Origin: Dehalococcoidia bacterium
GTDB lineage: Bacteria > Chloroflexota > Dehalococcoidia > Plut-88900
NCBI GenBank assembly: GCA_965197645.1
Contig: OZ240219.1
Coordinates: forward strand, 1,696,001 to 1,760,000
Length of the DNA: 64,000 nt
Reading direction: 5' to 3'
Both the position numbers and the translations under genes were made by a program. Below, in pieces: positions 18,503 through 27,511 of the stretch (positions are counted from its first letter, which is position 1; each line of letters starts with the position of its first letter). Below the pieces are notes generated by a model. It worked only from the letters and a program-made list of their open reading frames with translations. It had not been told where the DNA came from and did not search any database.

Positions 18503-18667
18503 ACGACGTGCATTCGGTAGGGTTTGCCCCCCGCCACCGGATCCCCGCAAGGGACCAGTGGCCAATGCCGAAGGTACGTGTGGCCCAGGTAGGGATTGCA
18601 CGTACAGCATTAATTGGTGTTGCAGCACCAGCTGATACTCCTGTGATCTCAGGCCCCTGCCTGGGCC
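18503..18667 (-). ncRNA. Putative structured non-coding RNA or leader upstream of the tRNA-like element
   Basis: GGCCCAGG-C-AGGG pairs CCCT-A-CCTGGGCC closing an 87-nt module; second 60-nt module GCATTGG...CCGAATGC with internal hairpins; starts at the predicted TSS. Confidence 0.5.
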
Positions 18668-18673
18668 ACATCC

Positions 18674-18703
18674 ATTGTAGGGCAGCGCATGATACGCCGT
18701 CAA
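18674..18703 (-). promoter_or_regulatory. Sigma70-type promoter for the ncRNA-tRNA-like-HTH unit
   Basis: TTGACG (18703-18698)-18 nt-TACAAT (18679-18674); +1 would fall about 18667. Confidence 0.65.
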
Positions 18704-18775
18704 TCGGAATATGAAGCAATTTTCCCCATGTAGTGTCCACCCGTCTCGTGCCTGCCGCAGAATGGCCATCGATAG

Positions 18776-19027
18776 TCAGTTATCAACCCGTACGATGGAG
18801 TGACCCATGGCCGGCCCCAACTTCGCTGGCAGGCCGTTCCGCCTACAATGAAGTCTGGCGAAGGCTGCCATCTTCCTGCGAGTCACCTCGAGGAATGTGT
18901 TTCCGTCCCATCCTCCAGCCCATTCCGTTGCACGTCCCATTCCGGCTAAGGCGAAAAGAAAGCTGTACACCGGCTCTGGTGGTCGGTTGAGGTACGAGAT
19001 TTTAACTACACCCACATCGAGTCCCAT
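18776..19027 (-). CDS. Small hypothetical protein, possibly 3'-truncated
   Basis: G-rich RBS before ATG; globular-looking N-terminus (MGLDVGVV..WAGGWDGNTFLE); C-terminus looks random. Confidence 0.4.
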   Translation of the reverse strand: MGLDVGVVKISYLNRPPEPVYSFLFALAGMGRATEWAGGWDGNTFLEVTRRKMAAFARLHCRRNGLPAKLGPAMGHSIVRVDN

Positions 19028-19099
19028 GCTGTTCCCCCCGTTGAATTTGGTCCAGCATTGTATCGGACCCGCGGCGATTTGAGAGGACCCTAACGGAAA

Positions 19100-19208
19100 C
19101 CCTCACCCCTGGCCCCTCTCCCTTAGCAAGGGAGAGGGGAATAAGAACAGGTGGGGGACACCCCCATACCCCCGTCAAAAGGGGCAAGGCCCCTTTGGAA
19201 TCCCCCCT
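19100..19208. repeat. REP-like palindromic elements
   Basis: CCCTCACCCC-TGG-CCCCTCTCCCTT-AGC-AAGGGAGAGGGG perfect hairpin, then GGGGACACCCCC...AAAGGGGC-AAG-GCCCCTTT-GGAATCCCC. Confidence 0.65.
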
Positions 19209-19286
19209 GTATCGACGGCTAGTTGGGAGAAATCAGGTGGGGAACCCCCGGCTCTCGTTTCGGGGTTGAGGAAAGGGCCGGTGGCC

Positions 19287-20612
19287 TCAGCTCTCTAGCT
19301 GGTTTCGCAGGGCGTCCGCCAACCCGTCTATACTCACCCGCTCCTGGGCCATGGTGTCCCGGTTGCGGACGGTGACCTGGTGGTCATCCAGGGAGTCGAA
19401 GTCCACGGTGACGCAGAGGGGCGTGCCGATCTCGTCCTGCCGGCGGTAGCGGCGGCCGATGCTCTGGGCATCGTCGTACTGGGCCCGGAAGTGGGAGCGC
19501 ACCTGGTTGAAGACCTCCCTCGCCTTGGGCAGGAGCTTTTCGTTGCGGCTCAGGGGCAGGACGGCCACCTGCACCGGGCAGAGGTCTTTGTGCAGCTTCA
19601 GCAGGACTCGGGTCTCATCGCGGACCATCTCCTCGTGGTAGGCGTCGATGATGAAGGCCAGGGCGGCCCTGTCCACGCCGGCGGCAGGCTCGATGACGTA
19701 GGGCAGGACGTGCTCCTTGGCATCGTTGTCGAAGTAGGTTAGCGAGCGGCCGCTGCTCTGGGAATGCTGCTTGAGATCGTAGTCGGTGCGGTTGGCGATG
19801 CCCTCGAGCTCGGACCAGCCCATGGGGAAGAGGTACTCGACGTCGGAGCAGGCCTTGGCGTAGTGGGCAAGCTCATCGGCCTCGTGGGGCCGGAGGCGCA
19901 GGTTTTCCTTTCGAATGCCCAGGTCAACGTACCAATCGAACCGCTCCTGAATCCAGTACTCGAGCCACTCGTCGTCGGCGCCGGGGTTGACGAAGAACTC
20001 CATCTCCATCTGCTCGAACTCCCGGGTACGGAAGGTGAAGTTGCCGGGAGTGATCTCGTTGCGAAAGGACTTGCCTATCTGGGCGATGCCGAAGGGGAGG
20101 CGCTTGCGGGTGGAGGTGAGGACGTTTTCGAAGTTGACGAAGATGCCCTGGGCGGTCTCCGGCCTGAGGTAGACGGTGGCGGCGTCCTCCTCGACGGGGC
20201 CCATGAAGGTCTTGAACATCAGATTGAACTGTCGAGGATCGGCCAGATCGCCCCCGCAGTCGGGGCAGGTGTCACCCTCGAGATCGTCGGAGCGAAAGCG
20301 GTGATGACAGACCCGGCACTCGACGAGGGGGTCAGAGAAGCTGTCCAGGTGCCCGCTGGCCTTCCAGACATCGGGATGGAGAAGGATGGCCGAATCGAGG
20401 CCGACGACGTCGTCCCTCCCGTGTACCATCGATCGCCACCACGCCTCCTTGACGTTGCGCTTGAGCTCGACGCCCAGGGGGCCGTAGTCCCATACGCTGC
20501 CGAGGCCGCCGTATATCTCGCTGTTCTGAAAGATCAGCCCCCGGCGCTTGCACAGGGACACGATCTTCTCCATCGTCACTACGTCCGAAGTTTGGGTCAC
20601 AGGGGTCTCCAT
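19287..20612 (-). CDS. glyQS: Glycine--tRNA ligase, alpha2 type
   Basis: [58 protein letters not shown]; start ATG 20612 or GTG 20600. Confidence 0.95.
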   Translation of the reverse strand: METPVTQTSDVVTMEKIVSLCKRRGLIFQNSEIYGGLGSVWDYGPLGVELKRNVKEAWWRSMVHGRDDVVGLDSAILLHPDVWKASGHLDSFSDPLVECRVCHHRFRSDDLEGDTCPDCGGDLADPRQFNLMFKTFMGPVEEDAATVYLRPETAQGIFVNFENVLTSTRKRLPFGIAQIGKSFRNEITPGNFTFRTREFEQMEMEFFVNPGADDEWLEYWIQERFDWYVDLGIRKENLRLRPHEADELAHYAKACSDVEYLFPMGWSELEGIANRTDYDLKQHSQSSGRSLTYFDNDAKEHVLPYVIEPAAGVDRAALAFIIDAYHEEMVRDETRVLLKLHKDLCPVQVAVLPLSRNEKLLPKAREVFNQVRSHFRAQYDDAQSIGRRYRRQDEIGTPLCVTVDFDSLDDHQVTVRNRDTMAQERVSIDGLADALRNQLES

Positions 20613-20762
20613 CGTGGTCGGTAGTCGGTAATGTACGGGTCTGACGCTTTTTCGAACGTTAACAATTTCGTCCAGGCATGTCAAAAGCGGATTTGAGTAG
20701 CGTCTTGACTGGGCAAGGCGCGATATGACAGACTAGGTCGTTGCTTCGGTAATCAGTCACAG

Positions 20763-21398
20763 ATGCTAATAGACCTTCACAATCACACCTGGCCCGCTTC
20801 CGACGACAGCCTGTTAAGTCCCGAGGAGCTGATAGAGAAGGCGAAGGCCGCCGGCATGGACGGCATCTGCATAACCGACCACGATTGGTTCTGGGACCCG
20901 GAGGAGGTCAAGCACCTGGGTGAAAAGATGGACTTCCTGGTGATTCCCGGCGTGGAAATCAATACCGAGGAGGGCCACCTGCTGGTCTTTGGACTGGAGG
21001 AGTATGTGTTCGGGATGCATAGGGCCTCCTTCGTGAAGAACGAGTTGGAGAAGAACGGCGGCGGAGCGATTATCGCCGCCCACCCCTATCGCAGGCAGTA
21101 CAAGCCGGAGCACGATGCAGAACAGTATCAGGAATCGTTGGAGAAGGCCGCCCGAAAGGGGATCTACGCCGTGGCCGATGGCATCGAGGTGATGAACGGC
21201 AGAGGTAAGGACCTGGAGAACAACTACTCCGGTGAGCTGGCCGGGATGCTGGGCATGAGCGGCGCCGCAACCAGCGATGCCCACCAGCAGCACGACATCG
21301 CCAAGAACGCCACCCGGTTCGAGCGCAGGATCACCGGCCTAGAGGACCTGATCACCGAGCTGAAAGCGGGCCGGTTCAAACCCGAGCCCCTTAGATAG
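20763..21398 (+). CDS. PHP-domain metal-dependent phosphoesterase
   Basis: DLHNHT, ITDH, GVE..GH, AHP, SDAH. Confidence 0.85.
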   Translation: MLIDLHNHTWPASDDSLLSPEELIEKAKAAGMDGICITDHDWFWDPEEVKHLGEKMDFLVIPGVEINTEEGHLLVFGLEEYVFGMHRASFVKNELEKNGGGAIIAAHPYRRQYKPEHDAEQYQESLEKAARKGIYAVADGIEVMNGRGKDLENNYSGELAGMLGMSGAATSDAHQQHDIAKNATRFERRITGLEDLITELKAGRFKPEPLR

Positions 21399-21434
21399 GC
21401 TACTTCCACTTCGGGCCTATCGGCGAGGATAGCA

Positions 21435-22436
21435 ATGCAAGCTGCAACTCCCCAGAATGACGTAGTACTGCAGGTCAAGAACCTCCACTCCTATTACAAC
21501 ACCAAGGAGGGAGTAGTTAAGGCCGTCAACGGTGTGACCTTCGATCTGCGGAAGGGCACCGTACTGGGAATCTTGGGCGAAAGCGGATGCGGCAAGACGG
21601 CCACGGCGCTATCCCTGCTCAGGCTGCTGCCCTTTCCTGGAGAGACCGTCGAGGGCGAGGTGATACTGAACGGCCGGGACCTGCTATCGCTGGATGATGA
21701 AGAGATAAGGCTGGTGCGAGGCTACGAGATGGCCATATCGTTCCAGGACGCCTCCAACGCACTCAATCCGGTGGCTACCGTGGGCGAGCAGGTCGGCGAG
21801 ATATTCTCGGCCCACTTCGAGATGACGGGGGAGGAGGCTGAGGAACGGGCCATAGATGCCCTCGACCGGATGGAGCTGCCCGACCCGGAGGAGCTGGTAA
21901 GACGGTACCCGTTCCAGATCAGCGGCGGCATGGCCCAGCGGGTGATGATGGCGATGGCGCTGGCCCTCCAGCCGGACGTACTGATCGCCGATGAGCCCAC
22001 GTCGGCCGTGGACGTTACGGTCCAAGCCTACATGGTGGGGCTGCTGAGGAAGCTGAAGGAGGAGCAGGGAGCCGCCATTATCCTCATAACCCACGATCTG
22101 GGGGTCATCGCCCAGCTAGCTGACATGGTAGCGGTGATGTACGCCGGATCGATAGTGGAGTACGCCGATACGGACACCCTTTTCAAACGGCCTTCCCATC
22201 CCTATACGTCGGCACTTATAGAATCCGTGCCCAGGATGGACATGCCCCACAAGATTCTGAAACCGCTGAGAGGCGCGCCTCCCAGCCTGTTGGACCCGCC
22301 CGAAGAGTGCTCCTTCCTTCCCAGGTGCCACAAGGCGATGACCCACTGCCGGATCTCGCCGATGCCGGCGTTGGAAGAGTTTGAATCGGGACACAGTGTG
22401 GCCTGTTACAATCGGGTGCTCCACGACTGGGCCTAG
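21435..22436 (+). CDS. Oligopeptide/dipeptide ABC transporter ATPase (OppD/DppD-like)
   Basis: GESGCGKT, ISGGMAQR, IADEPT, ITHDL, Cys-containing C-terminal domain. Confidence 0.92.
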   Translation: MQAATPQNDVVLQVKNLHSYYNTKEGVVKAVNGVTFDLRKGTVLGILGESGCGKTATALSLLRLLPFPGETVEGEVILNGRDLLSLDDEEIRLVRGYEMAISFQDASNALNPVATVGEQVGEIFSAHFEMTGEEAEERAIDALDRMELPDPEELVRRYPFQISGGMAQRVMMAMALALQPDVLIADEPTSAVDVTVQAYMVGLLRKLKEEQGAAIILITHDLGVIAQLADMVAVMYAGSIVEYADTDTLFKRPSHPYTSALIESVPRMDMPHKILKPLRGAPPSLLDPPEECSFLPRCHKAMTHCRISPMPALEEFESGHSVACYNRVLHDWA

Positions 22437-22500
22437 GCAGGGCAGGCCTTGCACCCATAACATGATAGAAGAGAGAGCAACATCCGAATCCGCACCCCCC

Positions 22501-22541
22501 TGTCATTGCGAGACCCGACGAAGTCGGGGCGTGGCAATCTA
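22501..22541. repeat. Short palindromic element (GTCATTGCGAG...GTGGCAATCT type)
   Basis: TGTCATTGCGAGA-CCCGAC-GAA-GTCGGG-GCGTGGCAATCT between convergent genes. Confidence 0.55.
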
Positions 22542-22623
22542 GCTACGTCTGGACGTTGCTCCGCCCCAGGTTGTTCTTCCATCCCGCTTTCGAACGAGGC
22601 TAGGGCGGGCTCGTCCTGGGGTG

Positions 22624-23652
22624 TTATTCGGTCCGGCGTGGAGGAACGCGAGACTGGGCCAGTTCGATGACCAGCAATTCCAGTGAGAGCTTTTCCGGAA
22701 GCTCGCCGGACTTGAAGGCCAAGTCAGCCTGCAGCATCTGTCGGTAGGCGCCCTTCAGCTCTTCGGTACGGTAGACGGCGGACTGGTCTAGCACTTTGCC
22801 GAGAGCGTAATCCGAGCTCAATCCCGCCGCTCGGCCGATATCCTGCCTGGATCCTCCCCGACGTTCCAGGTCCTTTGCAAGGGTGAGCATCCGGTACTGC
22901 CTGGCGAGCATGGTCATTACGTAGGAGGACGAGGCGCCGGACCTATACAGCGTGTCCAACTCGAGACAGGCCCGGGCGGGTCGTCCCTCTACAACAGCGT
23001 CCACCAGAGCGAAAATGTTGGACTCCCGAGAACCCGCTACCAGCCTCTCTACGTCCTGTTCATCTATCGGGCGGTCCAGGGCGAACACGGAGAGCTTGTC
23101 TATCTCGGCAGCCAGTGCCCAGAGGGACCCTCCTGCCGCGTGAGCCAGCCGTCTCACCGCTTCCGGGGTGATGGTAGAACCGGACTTGGAGGCGCGGTGC
23201 TGAATCCATTGATTAAGTCGTGATCCTCTCAGCGGGGTGAACTCCTTTGCCTCGGCGAGGGGAGAGAGGAGCTTGAGCATGGCGTTTTGCTTCTTCAGAA
23301 GTCCATCGACGAAGACCAGTGCCGTCGTTTCGGGCAGTGCCTGGAGGGAATCAGCGATGGATTGCCAGTCCTTTATGTTGGAGGAGTCCTTCCGCCGGCC
23401 GGCTGCTCCCCTTCGACCTCGGCGGTCCCTTTCCTCCCAACGGCCCAGAAAACCCTCGACGACGACCAACCGCCGGGGGCCGAGGAAGGGTACGGTTGAT
23501 GAGGCCATCAGAAGCTGGTCCGGGGTCAAGTCCGGGCCCTGGAGCCTGCTGGTGTTGGTCTCCAGCATGTCGGGCGGCCCCAGGTCGGCCTTCAACTCCT
23601 CGAGGGCCTCTCGCCGAGAGTAGTCGTTTTCGCCGAAGTAGATATGGATCAT
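22624..23652 (-). CDS. holA: DNA polymerase III delta subunit
   Basis: YFGENDY, PFLGPRRLVVV, EIDKL, IFALVDA, DLAFKSG. Confidence 0.88.
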   Translation of the reverse strand: MIHIYFGENDYSRREALEELKADLGPPDMLETNTSRLQGPDLTPDQLLMASSTVPFLGPRRLVVVEGFLGRWEERDRRGRRGAAGRRKDSSNIKDWQSIADSLQALPETTALVFVDGLLKKQNAMLKLLSPLAEAKEFTPLRGSRLNQWIQHRASKSGSTITPEAVRRLAHAAGGSLWALAAEIDKLSVFALDRPIDEQDVERLVAGSRESNIFALVDAVVEGRPARACLELDTLYRSGASSSYVMTMLARQYRMLTLAKDLERRGGSRQDIGRAAGLSSDYALGKVLDQSAVYRTEELKGAYRQMLQADLAFKSGELPEKLSLELLVIELAQSRVPPRRTE

Positions 23653-23661
23653 GCAGATCGA

Positions 23662-24942
23662 TCAGGTGGGTGTCGCGGTAATTCTAGGGCTGCGGGCGAG
23701 AAGGGTCAAAATCGCAGCGACGGCCAGCCCTACCAGGAAAATCCAAAAGGCGATGGTGAAATCTCCAGTACGATCGGCTATCACGACGGTGAGTAGAGGA
23801 GCCGCGGCGAAGGCGCAGCCGGTGGTAAACGAGACGACGCCCCGTATGCTCCCCAAGAATGTACGTCCAAAGTAGTTGGCGAAGAGCTGGGAAGTCAACG
23901 GGTCCATGCCGGCGACACCGGTGCCAAAGCAGATGGCCCACAAGACCATAAAGGGAACGTTGGTGGCATGGATCAGAAACAGCATGCCCACGCCGGCGAA
24001 GATGAAAGCGCCCGCCGCCGAGTACTTGGGGTTGACCCTGTCGGCGACCAGGAGCCAGATAGCCCGGCTGGTAAAGCTGGACACCGTTACAAGAGTCGCT
24101 CCAGTAATGGCGACGTCATCGGAGAAGTTCCCTTTGAGGTAGGTGACGCCGTTGATGAGGACCCCGGCCAGCGCCGACAGACCCAGATTGGTCGCGATCA
24201 GGATTAGCCAAAAGGGGGCGGTCCGCATAGCCGATGCCAATGTCCAGGAGACGCCCGATATGTGAGGGGTCGGTCTCGTTGCTCCGGCATGGGGTCCCGT
24301 GGGCGAATCTCCGTCTGGGAGAAGGCCGATATCTTCGGGGCTGCGCCTCATCAAGAGACTGTTCGCCGGCACCAAAACGGCGGCGATGATGATGCCCATG
24401 ATCAACCAGGTGGCCCTCCATCCGACCCCGGATACCATTACCTGGGTCAGAGGCAGCAGAATGATCCCGCTCAAGGGCCGTCCCATGGTGGCCATGATGA
24501 GCGCCTTGCCCCTGCGGCGGGTGAAGAACTTCGAGACCACCGTCGGCACCACGAGGGAGGCGGAGGCGTTCATCAGGAAGGCCACAAGCAGACCGAACAC
24601 AAGATAGTACTGCCACAGCTCTTGCACCTGGCTAACCAGGGCTATGCCCACGCCGCCGGTTAACGAGGCTATGGCCATGATGGCCCGCGGGCCGTTCTTC
24701 CGGTCCACCAGGGGTCCAACGAAGGGACTGACAACCGTGCCCACGATGGCGGAAATGGTTATACCCCAGACGATCTCGGTGAGGGACCAGCCCAGGTCTG
24801 CATCGTCGGCCATGGGCTTGATGAGCACGGCGAAGGCGTAGCCGGCGAAACCGGCCCCTCCGAAGTTGTTGGCGAAGCCAAGGGCTACTATCCACCACCC
24901 GTAGAAGGGACGCTGTCCGGTTATGGTGGGGAGCCTGGGCAA
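23662..24942 (-). CDS. MFS transporter (MCT/OFA-like)
   Basis: FYGWWIV start, ~12 TM segments, FFTRRRG, PEDIGLLPDG. Confidence 0.88.
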   Translation of the reverse strand: MPRLPTITGQRPFYGWWIVALGFANNFGGAGFAGYAFAVLIKPMADDADLGWSLTEIVWGITISAIVGTVVSPFVGPLVDRKNGPRAIMAIASLTGGVGIALVSQVQELWQYYLVFGLLVAFLMNASASLVVPTVVSKFFTRRRGKALIMATMGRPLSGIILLPLTQVMVSGVGWRATWLIMGIIIAAVLVPANSLLMRRSPEDIGLLPDGDSPTGPHAGATRPTPHISGVSWTLASAMRTAPFWLILIATNLGLSALAGVLINGVTYLKGNFSDDVAITGATLVTVSSFTSRAIWLLVADRVNPKYSAAGAFIFAGVGMLFLIHATNVPFMVLWAICFGTGVAGMDPLTSQLFANYFGRTFLGSIRGVVSFTTGCAFAAAPLLTVVIADRTGDFTIAFWIFLVGLAVAAILTLLARSPRITATPT

Positions 24943-25076
24943 GGGTGTAGTCGGCGGTGGGGAGAGATATCGCCCGTGTAGGGTACATCAGTTAGGGGCG
25001 GGACACTAGAGTTGGAAGGAGCGGTTGGCGAAGCGATCGGCGCCTCGCCGAATCGCGGCGGAGAATCAGGTCGTCT

Positions 25077-26381
25077 TCACGGGGCCGGTCTTGGTTCGGG
25101 GATGGAAGGCTTCTTGGCAAACAGCATGAGGACGGCGCAGAGGAGGAAGACGGCCAGGAAGAGGGTGAAGGGCAGGGTGTAGCTGTCTGTGACATCGTAC
25201 ATCCATGCGGCGAACACGGGTGCGCCGGCCATGGTCAGAAAGGTGACCGGCGAGGTTATGCCCCTTATCGATCCAAGGAAGGTCCGGCCATAGTAGTCGC
25301 CCCAGGCCAGGGCCGGTAGGGGCGATATCCCCGATACGCCGGTCCCGTATACCGCACCCCAGAGCACCAGCATCCAGAAGCTGTGGGCGTTCAAGAGCAG
25401 GATCACGGCCAGGCCGGGTAGGGCGAAGGTGAAGGCCGTCGAGAGGCGAATGTCGATCCGATCGGCCAGGAATGCCCACGGGAGCTTGCCGGTGAGCGAG
25501 AGGGCAGAGAAGACGGCAAAAGCAATGGTAGCTTCGCTCGAGCTGAAGCCCTGGGCATCGTCGGTGGCGTAGGCGAAGAAGTTGATGAGGATGGCGAGAA
25601 AGGCCATCATTGCCAGGCTGTTGGCAGCGAGGATCAGCCAGAAAGCACGGGTCCGGATGGCCTCCCGCATCGTCCAAGGGTAATCCTTGGCCTGGGCCCG
25701 GAGTGAATGGCCGTCGCCTTCGAGATCGGACAGGGAGTTGGAGTCACCATCGGGCCGCAGGCCTATGTCCTCGGGGCTGCTCCGCATGAACAAGAGACAC
25801 CAGGGGGTGGCCACTGCCCAGATGGTGAAGCCCAGAATGGTCCAGGCGGTCCGCCAGTCGAAGGATGAGATGAGGAAGTTGGTGTATGGGGCTATCAGCA
25901 TGCCGCTGGAGGGCAGTCCCATGCTGGCGAAGGATAGCGCCATGCCCCGCTTGCGCACGAACCATTTGGAGACGATGGTGGGCACGATGAAAGCCGGGAA
26001 GGCCTGGAGACCGAAGATCCCGGCGACGAAAAAGACCCCGAGGAACTGCCAGATGGCCTGGACTTGTCCAGCGGCTATCATCATCAGGCCTATGACGAAG
26101 GACCCGGCGCCGGTGACGAGCCGAGCGCCGTACCTCTCGTCCAGCAACGTCCCGATGTAGTGGCCGAAGATGGCGGCGGCGATCATAGCCAGTGAAGCCG
26201 CGGCAACGATGGAGCTGCGGCTCCAACCAAGGTCGTCCGCCATCGGTTTGACGAAGACGCTGAAGCCGGAGGAGCCGACGCCGGCCGTGGTCAGGTTCAG
26301 GACGTATCCCAGGACAACGATCCGCCAGCCGTAGTAGAACGCCGACCTCTTGGATGTTTCAGCTACGGCTTCGTCGGCCAT
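25077..26381 (-). CDS. MFS transporter (MCT/OFA-like), paralog of neighbour
   Basis: YYGWRIV, WFVRKRG, PEDIGLRPDG, YYGRTFLGSIRG. Confidence 0.88.
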   Translation of the reverse strand: MADEAVAETSKRSAFYYGWRIVVLGYVLNLTTAGVGSSGFSVFVKPMADDLGWSRSSIVAAASLAMIAAAIFGHYIGTLLDERYGARLVTGAGSFVIGLMMIAAGQVQAIWQFLGVFFVAGIFGLQAFPAFIVPTIVSKWFVRKRGMALSFASMGLPSSGMLIAPYTNFLISSFDWRTAWTILGFTIWAVATPWCLLFMRSSPEDIGLRPDGDSNSLSDLEGDGHSLRAQAKDYPWTMREAIRTRAFWLILAANSLAMMAFLAILINFFAYATDDAQGFSSSEATIAFAVFSALSLTGKLPWAFLADRIDIRLSTAFTFALPGLAVILLLNAHSFWMLVLWGAVYGTGVSGISPLPALAWGDYYGRTFLGSIRGITSPVTFLTMAGAPVFAAWMYDVTDSYTLPFTLFLAVFLLCAVLMLFAKKPSIPEPRPAP

Positions 26382-26399
26382 GGGATCGATGATGACGGC

Positions 26400-27302
26400 T
26401 CAGCTGATGGGGAGAGTGAGCTGACGTGCCGGGGGCGGGTTGGAGGGCCGGGGCATCGTTCTGGTCGTGAGGGAGTAGGTGCGGCGGAGCTCCCGGAGTC
26501 GTTTCGCGACGCCATCCTGGAACCGCTTAGAGGCGTAGGCCCCGGGATAGAGGCGCAGATATCCGGGCAGCAGGTGAGGGTACTCTTCCCTCATGAAACC
26601 GAGGAAGTGGTCCCGTGTGCCGTCCTTGAGGTGGAGCACCTGCCCATCTAGGAACCGGGCGCCATTGGCGGATGCGGCTCGGACCACCTCCCGAAGGCCT
26701 TCCAGGCTATCGGTGATGCCGGGTACTATGGGCGCCAGGAGCACGCCGGCGTTGATTCCCGCGCGGGCCAGCCGCTCCAGGGCAACCATGCGTTTCTCGG
26801 GGGGAGGTGTGCCCGGCTCCAGCCGTCTCGCCAGGTCTGTGTCTATGGTGGTCATGCTGAAGCAGACCGTGGCGTCGGCGTGGCGGGTCAGGTCTGATAG
26901 TATGTCTATGTCGCGGATGATCATGCTTCCTTTGGTGACCATGCGCACCGGGCTTCGGTAGTCGGCGAATGCCTCCAGGCATTGGCGGGTCAGTCGATAT
27001 TTGCCCTCGATGGGCTGGTACGGATCGGTGGCCGTTCCCACCGCTACCGGCTCCCTGCGCCACGACCGCCTGGACAGCTCCTGTCGAAGCACCTCGGCGA
27101 CATTGGTCTTGACGATGATAACACCGGTGAAATCGTCCCCCACGTTCAGGTCGTAATAAGAGTGGTAGCGGCGGGCGAAGCAGTAGTGGCAACCGTGGAC
27201 ACAGCCCCTGTAGGGGTTGAGGGACCAGTGAAACTGCATGCCTCGGACTTTGTTGAGGGCGCTGCGGCAAGGGGTCTCTTCGTAGCGAACGCGGGCCGAC
27301 AT
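26400..27302 (-). CDS. Radical SAM protein, Rv2578c/SPL-like DNA repair family
   Basis: NPYRGCVHGCHYC, GTATDPYQPIE, LEPGT, APIVPGITD. Confidence 0.88.
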   Translation of the reverse strand: MSARVRYEETPCRSALNKVRGMQFHWSLNPYRGCVHGCHYCFARRYHSYYDLNVGDDFTGVIIVKTNVAEVLRQELSRRSWRREPVAVGTATDPYQPIEGKYRLTRQCLEAFADYRSPVRMVTKGSMIIRDIDILSDLTRHADATVCFSMTTIDTDLARRLEPGTPPPEKRMVALERLARAGINAGVLLAPIVPGITDSLEGLREVVRAASANGARFLDGQVLHLKDGTRDHFLGFMREEYPHLLPGYLRLYPGAYASKRFQDGVAKRLRELRRTYSLTTRTMPRPSNPPPARQLTLPIS

Positions 27303-27340
27303 GGGGCGGCCTCCTTAGAAAGGGTGCCGCTAGGATATGA

Positions 27341-27356
27341 TAGAACAACCGTGCTA
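27341..27356. promoter_or_regulatory. Putative LexA (SOS) box
   Basis: TAGAAC-AACC-GTGCTA, one mismatch to GAAC-N4-GTTC, lying just downstream of a minus-strand TTGACT (27361-27356). Confidence 0.55.
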
Positions 27357-27437
27357 GTCAAGGACTGTCGTCATCCAGCTTCGTTGGGAAGGTTAAGGAA
27401 GGGGCAATCTCCTCTCAGTGCGCATGTTACCACTTTG

Positions 27438-27467
27438 TTGACACCTTCGAAATCCGAGCCATACAAT
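27438..27467 (+). promoter_or_regulatory. Sigma70 promoter for ychF-hemW
   Basis: TTGACA-18 nt-TACAAT. Confidence 0.65.
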
Positions 27468-27511
27468 CGAAACGAAGGCCCTGGCATATCGAGCAGAAAG
27501 CGGGATGCGGT

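Noticed and set aside
18431-18503. Plus-strand reading as tRNA-Pyl (CUA loop)
   Set aside because: Plus strand has A-C mismatches, wrong arm spacing and no T-loop; G:U pairs and UUCGA place the body on the minus strand; no pyl genes in the window
18431-18667. tmRNA or tRNA-Sec (selC)
   Set aside because: Ala-type acceptor closes within 72 nt with no tag ORF; the 87-nt module has no UCA anticodon or selC-like D arm
18372-18769. ORFs 18372-18740, 18415-18714 and 18488-18769
   Set aside because: They overlap the cloverleaf, stems and promoter, lack an RBS and show no protein-like motifs
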